Below, piece by piece: positions 54,858 to 64,000 of a stretch of 64,000 nt of DNA; position 1 is the stretch's first letter, and every line of letters starts with the position of its first letter. The translations under genes and the position numbers were made by a program. Under the pieces are notes generated by a model, which was not told the DNA's origin, searched no databases, and was given only the letters and a program-made list of their open reading frames with translations. Source of the stretch: Monocercomonoides exilis PA203 (Eukaryota; Protista; Preaxostyla); contig LSRY02000004.1 in the NCBI GenBank assembly GCA_001643675.2, positions 1,798,001 through 1,862,000 on the forward strand, written 5' to 3'.

Positions 54858-55539
54858 AGGAATTTTTATTAAAAAACCACTTCACTTAAAATTTAATACA
54901 AAAATCAGTTAATTAAATAAAAACTTTTTGTTAAAGATAACCTGAATAAACACATTGACAAGGGACAAAACATTTTTTTCTAAATGAAAAGCGAATTGAA
55001 AATAGCTCTCTTATATATCTTTTGGATTTTATCATAATTATTGATCATGAAGTCTTTTTAACCTCTGAAAGTTTTTTGTTTTTTAACGAGTATTTCTCCT
55101 TTATGTGAATTTTTTCATCAGAATATAAGGTTTAAAAAGGTCAAATATATTTCTAACAGACAGATTTTATTCCTGACGCTATGTTCCCTCTTTCCCAAAA
55201 TTTTTATCTTTATGGAATTTTGAAAAAAATATTCAACAATTTTTAATACACGCCTTTTAATGAAGTTTAGAAAAGTGATACAGTTTATGCAAAAAATACT
55301 GGACAATATTGATTTCTCATTAAGAGCAAGAAGAAAAATTCTGACAATTTTCCTCCAAACGTATCGAAATAATACTAACTCGGTTTGTATATGAGATTTT
55401 CTTAAAAGCCTCATTTGTGCTCAGAAAAAAATTATTAATAAAATTTAGAAGAAACTCAAAATCCTATTTCTCCGTAATTTCAGTCATCAATTTTTTTGAG
55501 TACAAATGAAGCTATTTTGAAAGTTTAGGAAAGCAAATG

Positions 55540-55586
<47 letters not shown>

Positions 55587-55859
55587 AAAAGTTCCTTTTG
55601 TTTTATTGCCTAAATAAACAAAAATTTCATATTTCAATCAAAATTTTTTTCCCTATCATCAAACTTCGCTGTCATAGAAACAAAATATTAAAAATGTTTT
55701 TATTTTCAATTTTGCGAAGTTTCGTGAGAAGGAATAGAAATTTGATCGAAATATGCATTTTTTATTCTATTTGAAAGTTAAATTGAAAGAAATTCTGATT
55801 GACATAATTTCATTTTTCCTTTATCCTTTTATGTGCGAATCGGTTTTTTAATATGAAAC

Positions 55860-55986
55860 TTTCATTAAAAAAATGCAAAAGAGCAAAAGAACGCATAGGT
55901 GTATTTAAGGAACATTCCCAATCCATGATTATTTTTTGAACATTATGATTATAAAAATGTTGATTTAATAATATTACATCTGAATG
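55860..55986 (-). pseudogene. Probable 3' continuation of the interrupted Merlin transposase
   Basis: Reads HSDVILLNQHFYNHNVQKIIMDWECS, in frame with the 5' part across the TGAATG duplication. KIIMDW fits the second catalytic Asp motif (TIISD.W). Confidence 0.5.
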
Positions 55987-55991
55987 GACAA

Positions 55992-57013
55992 GAAATATGG
56001 TATATCAGCAATAGATCCATCTAGATTAGGTCAATCAATATTATCGATTTATGAATATCTGGTGGTTGTTATCATCTTGTATAATAAGTTGAATAGGTGA
56101 TGATTATAAGATAGAGATCGATGATTATTGCTGATACTCTTAGAGGTTTCTAACGATTATATATTCAGTGATGTTCTATAAAGATGGAGTCATTGATAGG
56201 TGTTATCGAGATATATCTATAGCTGATATACCATAACTCCTAGGAGGAGAATCAGCTAAAAGATTAACTGGAAGATTTGTTAAAGGTGTTCAAGTTGGTA
56301 AATTAGTGGTGAATTTGTGTGTTATCGTTGATGTTATCGTTTGTGAAATCGCAAATAAAAATAATTGATTTTGTTTTTTGTTTTATAGTAAATGGGTCGG
56401 AAGAAGATATACGCAACTGTCGAAGAAGCTAAAGCGGCTCAACAGAAGCAAATTAAGCAGTTTCAGGAAAAACGGAAGGAAGAAGCAAAGTATTACAATG
56501 AACATGTATCTGAAAAACAGAAGAAGTTGATTAAGATCTTGAGGAGAAAGCTTATCGAAAGTGATGAGCTGTTAGATGAGTTGATGGAAAAAGTTAATGG
56601 TTATTGCCTGCACAGGCTTGATTGGGCAAAATGTGTTAATTGACGAAATATAACAGACTACACACGTTCGTTGTATCTCCAGTAGAATCAAACAGTAGTC
56701 ACGGTGGAGTTGTGGTGGATTGTCAACATCAATATTTTTTCTTGGAAAAAGTGTAAATCGGTAAACCGGATACCGGGTTGTGGCAATGTCTGAGACTCAG
56801 CGGAAGGGAAATATTGGGTTAAATCTCCGTGCTGGAAGCGTAAACCGGTTAACAGGTAAACCGGATCTTTATATTTCATCTGAAAAGAGCTGCCAGCATG
56901 CCATTTCTGCCAACATGAACATTTTACCCCTAATTTGCTATGATTTTGAAAGTTTTTATTTAATTTCGACTGTTTCATCATTTTGCAACACTTCCACATG
57001 GAATTGATGGTGG
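55992..57013 (+). repeat. Left terminal inverted repeat (~1022 bp)
   Basis: Reverse complement of 59708-60729. The ORF track shows identical mirrored proteins; visible mismatches are confined to the outer ~40 bp. Confidence 0.95.
56392..56643 (+). CDS. Small basic helical protein in the left TIR (83 aa), possibly DNA-binding
   Basis: ATG after an AT-rich leader; GRKKIYATVEEAKAAQ motif followed by a charged helix; identical copy in the right TIR. Confidence 0.65.
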   Translation: MGRKKIYATVEEAKAAQQKQIKQFQEKRKEEAKYYNEHVSEKQKKLIKILRRKLIESDELLDELMEKVNGYCLHRLDWAKCVN

Positions 57014-57375
57014 CATACGTTCGTTGTATCGTCAGTGGTACACATCAGTTTTATCGTCAGTTGTTAAGAACAGTTATCACCTGCACAGGATAAGCTGGTT
57101 AGGTGACAAGTGTGATGCTGTGGGGTGGAAATATTGAGTTAAATCTCCGAGCTTTTCACCTGCAAAGTGTGCACAGGATGCACTGGATAAATTACATTCT
57201 GCGAAATATGTGGGCAAACGGGAAAAGTGAGCAAAGTGGGCAAAATACATTTAATGTGAAAATTTCCTGTTATCGTTTATTTTCGACATTCTCCCAGACG
57301 TCATCTTCCTCGTAAATGCACGTTACAAAAATAAATCTGTTTCAAAAAAAAAATTGTTTTTTTGATTTTTATTAA

Positions 57376-59641
57376 ATGACAAACTCCCAACCAGACTCTG
57401 ATAACGAAATCCAACGACTAATTGATTCAATGTCAACAGAACAGCAAACGCTGGGAGAACGAATGAAAGATCACGTTGTTGACTTGTTCGACTGCAAGAA
57501 ATATTCCGACAAGAAGCAAGGCCAACGACACACTGGAACAGCTGTCGATATCAGCAAATGTGAGGATCTCTGTGTGGTTGATGTTGATATCAACAAATCC
57601 CTTCAAGCTGAACAAACGAAAACCGTCAGGAATTCCATTCTCGAGAAACTCCCCCGAAATGTCGGACTTGTACAAACAGCTCATGGTGGTCTTCACATTT
57701 ATTGTGAGCTGCTTGGTTATCCCCTCAAATGTTCATCACAAACCAAAGTGTTCACGAGTCCAGAGTTTGATATCGACATTTTTGCAGGTATTGGAGATGG
57801 AAAACAGAGGCTTGTTGTTCAAGCTGACTCTTCATCCAGAGAGATGAAAGATGGCAAGAGAATCATCACCAAATACATTTCACTCAACAATTGCAGAGAT
57901 CAGAGATCTTTCATCACTTCAGAGTGTTCTTGCTATCTTCGGTATTGACATCAAAACAGAGAATACAACAACGACAATGGCAGCTGAACCACACAATCTT
58001 CTCACACAAGATGGAATCGTAAATATGTCGTCAACTGTCGCACTTGCTCTTGTTGGTGGACTCGAAAATGTTGAAATACATAACGACACAGATTTTTTGT
58101 CACTTGATTCTGAGTTTACTCTTTTACTGTCATTTGCAGCTCTCAACTCACTCGTCAACATTAATTGTTTCGATAACCAATCGATAGATTTTCTTTACAA
58201 TCAAATCAAAGAGACAGCTGCTCTTACAGCAAATGTGATCACTCACTTTGAAGAAAAACGATACATGCACAGAGATAACAAGTCACATCCATTTGTTCTA
58301 CAAATGATTGTCAAGAGGTGGAATCCAACATATTACAACGATGTGATCATTCCACTCCTCAGAAAAGAGAATGAGCAAAAGGAAGAACCTCCACAAGAGA
58401 TTACTGTTCATGAAATAGATCTCAACTCATCGTTCTCGTTCTCTGAAATCAGGGATAAAGCTTTTCGAAAATAATACTCCTCAGCATCTGAAGTCGCTGA
58501 AGATCTCACAAAAGTTCTGAGGTTTGTTGAAGCAATGGACGAGCTGTTCAAAACAATAATACTCTGGCATGATGACAAAAAGACTCTCACAGTTGAGACA
58601 GCTTTCGAACAATACTCACATGTTCTATCGATTGATGATGTGAAGTTCTTCTCAGATAACAATCGAATATTCTCTCAGTTCCATGGGTTCAAATATCAAA
58701 TTGCAAACGAACAAAATGACGAAATCATCAAAACATTCCTCGATTTCACACGAGAAGTTATTGCCAACAACAACGAAAAACTCTATCAATACATCCTCTG
58801 TTGGATTGTATCAATTGTTCATAATTCTGGTCAAAAAGCGGAAACATCACTTGTTCTCAAAGGCTTGCAAGGTATTGGAAAGAATGTCTGGACAAATGTT
58901 TTTGCTGAACTGTTGGCAGGATATTCATGTCCAAATGTCACAGAGATTGCAGAACTGACAGTACAGTTCAACTCCATCGTTGAAGGGAAATGCTGATTGC
59001 ACTTAACGAATTGAAGAATTTTGGAGATGATCGAACAGCTAACTTTGACTCATTGAAGAGTAAAATCACGTAATTCAACAATCAGAATCAACGAAAAGAA
59101 TCAGCCAAGAAGAACAGTTGAGAACGAAGCTAATTTCATGTTTGTGACAAATCACTCATACACTATCAAGGTTGAGATTGGTGACAGGAGATATGTTGTT
59201 TGTGATTGTGACTCAAAATATAAGATCAATCTTTCATTCTTCAAGGATTTCACAAGCTCTTTCGATAATGAATTCTATGAACAACTTCACTTTTATATCT
59301 TCAGCAAAGATCTCTCCAATTTCAACACAAGGGCAATACCAACAACAGAGGTGAAAGAAGATATCATTGCAGCATCACTCTCTATCATCGATGTGTTCTG
59401 TCAGGAGCATTGCAATAAACTCAAAGAAGTGTGGGGACGTTCTGAAGCACTATGTTTCAGACCAGTTGAATACAAGAACGATCGCTCATTCCAATTGGAA
59501 ATCAAAGACAGATGCGAGAGAAAACAAATAAGTGGTGGAGGAAATCAAGTGTGGTGTTATGAACTCAAGCCAGAGAATGAACAACTCCTCAAACGGCGAG
59601 AAGATGAAGATAACATTGACTGTTCAGTGGAAATTAACTAA
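57376..59641 (+). pseudogene. AEP primase-polymerase fused to a D5-like SF3 helicase, disrupted
   Basis: Prim-pol motifs LCVVDVD, VQTAHGGLHIY and DIDIF. Helicase region FSQFHGF...YQYILCWI...KAETSLVLKGLQGIGKN (Walker A), LIALNE (Walker B), ANFMFVTN (motif C) and DRRYVV (Arg finger). Frameshifts near 57895, 58990 and 59071; in-frame TAA at 58472. Confidence 0.88.
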
Positions 59642-59707
59642 ATATATTCGTTTTTTTGGAAATCATTAATACAAAAACTATACAGCTTGTGTGCCACTTG
59701 TTATATA

Positions 59708-60729
59708 CCACCATCAATTCCATGTGGAAGTGTTGCAAAATGATGAAACAGTCGAAATTAAATAAAAACTTTCAAAATCATAGCAAATTAGGGGTAAAAT
59801 GTTCATGTTGGCAGAAATGGCATGCTGGCAGCTCTTTTCAGATGAAATATAAAGATCCGGTTTACCTGTTAACCGGTTTACGCTTCCAGCACGGAGATTT
59901 AACCCAATATTTCCCTTCCGCTGAGTCTCAGACATTGCCACAACCCGGTATCCGGTTTACCGATTTACACTTTTTCCAAGAAAAAATATTGATGTTGACA
60001 ATCCACCACAACTCCACCGTGACTACTGTTTGATTCTACTGGAGATACAACGAACGTGTGTAGTCTGTTATATTTCGTCAATTAACACATTTTGCCCAAT
60101 CAAGCCTGTGCAGGCAATAACCATTAACTTTTTCCATCAACTCATCTAACAGCTCATCACTTTCGATAAGCTTTCTCCTCAAGATCTTAATCAACTTCTT
60201 CTGTTTTTCAGATACATGTTCATTGTAATACTTTGCTTCTTCCTTCCGTTTTTCCTGAAACTGCTTAATTTGCTTCTGTTGAGCCGCTTTAGCTTCTTCG
60301 ACAGTTGCGTATATCTTCTTCCGACCCATTTACTATAAAACAAAAAACAAAATCAATTATTTTTATTTGCGATTTCACAAACGATAACATCAACGATAAC
60401 ACACAAATTCACCACTAATTTACCAACTTGAACACCTTTAACAAATCTTCCAGTTAATCTTTTAGCTGATTCTCCTCCTAGGAGTTATGGTATATCAGCT
60501 ATAGATATATCTCGATAACACCTATCAATGACTCCATCTTTATAGAACATCACTGAATATATAATCGTTAGAAACCTCTAAGAGTATCAGCAATAATCAT
60601 CGATCTCTATCTTATAATCATCACCTATTCAACTTATTATACAAGATGATAACAACCACCAGATATTCATAAATCGATAATATTGATTGATCTAATCGAG
60701 ATGGATCTATAGTTGAAATTCCATATTTC
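59708..60729 (-). repeat. Right terminal inverted repeat (~1022 bp)
   Basis: Mirror of 55992-57013 (paired coordinates sum to 116721). Confidence 0.95.
60078..60329 (-). CDS. Small basic helical protein in the right TIR (83 aa, identical copy)
   Basis: Same translation as 56392-56643. Confidence 0.65.
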   Translation of the reverse strand: MGRKKIYATVEEAKAAQQKQIKQFQEKRKEEAKYYNEHVSEKQKKLIKILRRKLIESDELLDELMEKVNGYCLHRLDWAKCVN

Positions 60730-60732
60730 CAG

Positions 60733-61320
60733 TGAATGTTCATTTTTGTTTGGAAGAAATTCAAGTTTGAGTTTCTGTTTCTGTATTTATGTTTTTCTTT
60801 CAATTGCTCCCCAAAGCTATTGTTGATCTTTTTCTCTTCCCACGTTATTTTTGTTTTTTGAAATAAATGTTTCGTCCATTTCTATTGTTTTGTTGATGCC
60901 GATTTTGTCCAAACAATTCAGTTCAAATTAGACACAAATTCTTCTCATCAACTGATTGAATTTTTTATTGTTTAATTTGATAAATTTGTTTCTTTTGTTG
61001 TTTCATTTATCTCGTGCCGATACCAGTAATGGTACAAAAAGCACATTGCAGAAAATTGTGATATTTTGTGTTCATAAAAAATTATTTAATTATTCCAAAA
61101 ATATTCCTTTTTGAATCTCATACATCGAAATGAGTAATTGCTTTTAACATTTCTCCATTTTTTGAGTAACATGTTGACCACGTTCTTATGTAATTTTTTA
61201 TTTTTGTTCAAAATTCCATATTCTTCAAACAGTGAAAGGGAAAACTCGTCGCTCCCTGATCAATTAATTAAAAACTGTGTGAATGTTGGAAATTTGCACT
61301 GTTCTGATTCCTCTTGCATG
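60733..61320 (-). pseudogene. Merlin (IS1595/ISXO2-like DDE) transposase remnant, 5' part
   Basis: A minus-strand frame not covered by the ORF track reads KIGINKTIEMDETFISKNKNNVGREKDQQ*LWGAIERKT*...EFLPNKNEHS, matching the Merlin pattern KIGG..VEIDES...K.N.GR....WVFG.IER. Upstream FEEYGIL and FFMNTK resemble the Merlin N-terminus. Confidence 0.75.
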
Positions 61321-62759
61321 GATTTGAAGAGTATTAAAAATTTTTCTAAGTTCTAATAAGATTATTAAATAATGTTTTTGATCAAAAATGAAAAAAATAA
61401 TTATGGGATTTATGATCAATTAAAAAATTGAGTGAAATTTCATGATCGAATTTCGGCATTTCCCTTTTTGAATCGCTTCGTCAAATTGTGTGGATTAACG
61501 CTATGATATTACAATTATGAAAAAATTCAAACTGAAGTGGTACAATTTACACCTATGCTAAATATTGATCTGAACAAATCATCAAAAGTTCGAGAATCTG
61601 CGGTTTCGAATAAGATGGGTGAAGGTTGTTGCTCTAATTCAGCATGTGAAAAAATATTTGAAGAAGCTGTTGGGATCTTGGAGCTACTGCGTTGGGAACT
61701 TGTTGGCACACTGATCTGCATTGCAGTACCAGTTGAAGGTGAGAGTTCAGCTTTCAATGGGGTCTGCGAGGAGCAAAACATTTTTGATCACGAAAAGTGA
61801 CATGACACATTTAGTGGCATCTCTCAACAAGAAGAGAAGAAATTGAATAGAAGTTTTATTGACAATTAAAATGTTATGCATTTTAATTGATATTAAAATT
61901 TTTGAAAAAAAATCGTGTTCCTCTAAAATCTTCATTTAAGCAGAAATCAAAATATTTTAACCAATAAATTACATTCGCAATAAAAATAACAATAAAAATA
62001 TTGGAACAATACAAGAATTCAATTTACGTAGTTAAATGTGCGAATGGTTAGCAAAGATAAAAATAAATATTAATAAAACACGCCCAAAAGAAAAGACAAC
62101 ATAATATGTGAGTGCAAATAATTTTTTTTATAACATCAACAACGCTAAGGGAAAAGGTGATAGGCAGAATTATTCTCCATTGTATTTGCCTTTAAAAAAA
62201 TTACAATCCAAAATTTATTGAAAATTAATATGCAAAAAGGAAAAAAAAAAAAAAGAAAAAGAAAAAGAAAATACACACAAATAATAATAATATTATTAAT
62301 AAATAAATAAATAAATAAATAAATAATAATAATATTTATGAACAATGCAGATAAACAAATGTATTCGAAGATATGCCTACAAATAAACAAAGGGTGACAG
62401 TACTCAAGATAAGGGAAGGAAATGAAAAAGAATTAATGAAATTACAATGCGAATAACAGAAAATAAAATTTGTGAATGATTTTCTTCAGATATATGAAAG
62501 CAATAAGTTGAAAAAGAGAATGAGCAAATCAAAGCATTCTCGTTTCGGCTTTTCTAAATCAATTTGATGCGAGATGAATAAAGCACTAATGAAGAAAGAT
62601 CGAAGAGACAGAACTATTTCAATTCTTTTTGTGTATGCTGAAAGAATACCAAACTTTTCATGTTTCATTACACAAACAAAGCAATATGAGACATCTGGCT
62701 ACGTGTTTGCAATTTCGTGTCATCCTCTCAAAAGATTTCAATCGACAAATAAATCGCTT

Positions 62760-64000
62760 TCAGCTTTCTCCTTTTATGGCTGATGCGTTTGTCATAATCT
62801 TTGTTTCATAATCGAATTCAACTTTAGCTGCGATATCTACCTCACACTCACTCTTGTCAAACAAACAATTCTCAGACTCCTTTCGAACTGAACAGTCCGA
62901 GTTCGATGGAAGCTGCGCTTCTGAATGTATCTGCTTCATCGAATGAGGAGATGGACCAGTCGCCTCATTTGTATCATTACTCACACCCCCACTTTCTGAT
63001 AAGCAGCCAGTTGATGAAGCTTTGTCACTTTCTTCTGCTAATTCATGAGTGACTTCTTTTACTGATGAGTCACCAGATACAGCCATCATCGCAGCTGTCT
63101 TCTGATTTTTCTTCTTCTTTTTCATGTTTTCCTTTGCCACAGACAGCATAAGCACCAGCCTGTTGATCTGGTTGACTTCTGTCCCGCTGGTGTCAAAATC
63201 AATCGCCACAATGTTCGTTCCTGGGTATCTCTCCCTCATCTGCTTCATGAACCCTCTGCCTGTGATGTGGTTAGGAAGACAGCCCCACGGCTGAAGCACA
63301 ACAATGTTGCTGCAGCCGAAGTGCTCCACCAGCTCCACCATCTCCGCCACCAGCAGCCAGCCTTCCCCCCAAATCATCATCGGAGAGCAATGCGGCTTCA
63401 TCATCGCAAACAGCTCCTCCCCCGTCGCAAACGGCAGGAAGCGCGACTCTTTCCTTCTGAACAGCGTGTTGATCGGAGAAAGCAGGCGCTGGTAGTACAG
63501 CAGCATCGCCTTGTTCCACACAACACCCTTGAAGTCCTTCTTGAACTCGTCGTTGAGCCCCAGATCGTCGGCCGAGCAGTAGCCCAGAAAGTCCATCATC
63601 CCGAAGCACACCACCTCTGCCCCCAGCATCTCCAGCCTGTCCACAATGAAGTTGTTCAGCGACGGCCGCATCTGCACCCCAATCTCGCCCACAATGCCAA
63701 CCAGCGGCTTCCTCTCCATCTCCCTCAGTGGCAGCTCCTGGAACCTGTTGATGGCCTTCTTGCACCACTTGCAGTAGGCGTCGTAGTCTGTAGACTTCGC
63801 TAGCAGGCGATAGCCTTCTTCCATCATCTCCAAGCACAGGCTGTTTGCGGAGTCCCTCACTGCCTCATACGGACGAGTGCGTAACAAAAGACGCTGCAGC
63901 AGATCGCCCATCACAAAGGCGAAAGCAGCATCAATCAGAACCAACGGTGTAATGGGGAAGCCTGGGTGCTTGGCGTTCAGCTTGGAGGAAGAGGCGAAGG
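62760..64000 (-). CDS. C-terminal part of a bacterial-type 2-hydroxyacyl-CoA dehydratase activase-related protein (DUF2229-type multidomain); 5' end beyond the window
   Basis: GDLLQRLLLRTRPYE, PLVGIVGEI, GEGWLLVAEM, QPWGCLPNHITGRG and AIDFDTSGTEVNQINRL match the C-terminus of anaerobic bacterial CoA-substrate-specific activase fusions. Extra low-complexity tail. Confidence 0.85.
   Translation of the reverse strand, partial: FASSSKLNAKHPGFPITPLVLIDAAFAFVMGDLLQRLLLRTRPYEAVRDSANSLCLEMMEEGYRLLAKSTDYDAYCKWCKKAINRFQELPLREMERKPLVGIVGEIGVQMRPSLNNFIVDRLEMLGAEVVCFGMMDFLGYCSADDLGLNDEFKKDFKGVVWNKAMLLYYQRLLSPINTLFRRKESRFLPFATGEELFAMMKPHCSPMMIWGEGWLLVAEMVELVEHFGCSNIVVLQPWGCLPNHITGRGFMKQMRERYPGTNIVAIDFDTSGTEVNQINRLVLMLSVAKENMKKKKKNQKTAAMMAVSGDSSVKEVTHELAEESDKASSTGCLSESGGVSNDTNEATGPSPHSMKQIHSEAQLPSNSDCSVRKESENCLFDKSECEVDIAAKVEFDYETKIMTNASAIKGES

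Larger units (their letters stand above)
55987..60732. mobile_element. 4.7-kb long-TIR element encoding a primase-polymerase/SF3 helicase (transpoviron- or mini-Polinton-like), candidate 6-bp TSD TGAATG
   Basis: TIRs at 55992-57013 and 59708-60729. TGAATG at 55981-55986 and 60733-60738. Central AEP-helicase pseudogene; duplicated 83-aa ORF. Confidence 0.85.

Noticed and set aside
54810-55585. Long poly-A (~54810-54856) and poly-T (~55543-55585) tracts as element ends or retroposon tails
   Set aside because: No TSD, RT remnant or other homology is visible, and homopolymers are common across the window.
56688-57007. 103-aa and 75-aa ORFs in the TIRs (mirrored at 59656-60033)
   Set aside because: They have no protein-like features and overlap the repeat/palindrome region. 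Their duplication follows simply from the TIR.
58472-58474. In-frame TAA in the primase-helicase gene as evidence of a TAR=Gln code (as in some oxymonads) or readthrough
   Set aside because: Host genes here end in TAA/TAG and their long ORFs lack internal TAR. The same gene also has three frameshifts, so decay is the simpler explanation.
60621-60803. ORF crossing the TIR tip (KYGISTIDPSRL versus KYGISAIDPSRL on the left) as a conserved gene
   Set aside because: Some differences look synonymous, but there are too few sites to judge. The ORF is short, and its upstream part is out-of-frame Merlin sequence.
61527-61800. Short ORFs between the Merlin remnant and the activase gene
   Set aside because: No recognisable motif or splice structure, so I cannot support a call.

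Overview
AT-rich, intron-containing eukaryotic DNA in the standard genetic code. The gene families and GTTTG-type splice donors point to an oxymonad/metamonad protist such as Monocercomonoides (inference). Host genes: an intronless 5586-aa IP3/ryanodine-receptor-like channel with an atypical pore filter, Rad23, a saposin-like secreted peptide with an acidic pro-region, a ~2090-aa type I surface protein, an AAAP/SLC38 amino-acid transporter, a Bet1-like Qc-SNARE, a multi-exon PI3-kinase, two lineage-specific genes and the 3' end of a bacterial-type 2-hydroxyacyl-CoA dehydratase activase-like gene. Mobile DNA is dense: two MITE/foldback elements, a decayed pogo/DDE_1 transposon, a possible Pack-MULE-like element and a Merlin (IS1595-like) transposase remnant. 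The most notable object is a 4.7-kb element at 55987-60732. It has ~1-kb almost identical terminal inverted repeats, each encoding an 83-aa basic protein, around a decayed AEP primase-polymerase/D5-like SF3 helicase gene, with no integrase, pPolB or capsid. It sits inside the Merlin transposase between two TGAATG direct repeats, and removing it rejoins the Merlin reading frame. It looks like an integrated transpoviron-like or mini-Polinton-like linear replicon. All gene models and alignments were derived by eye.
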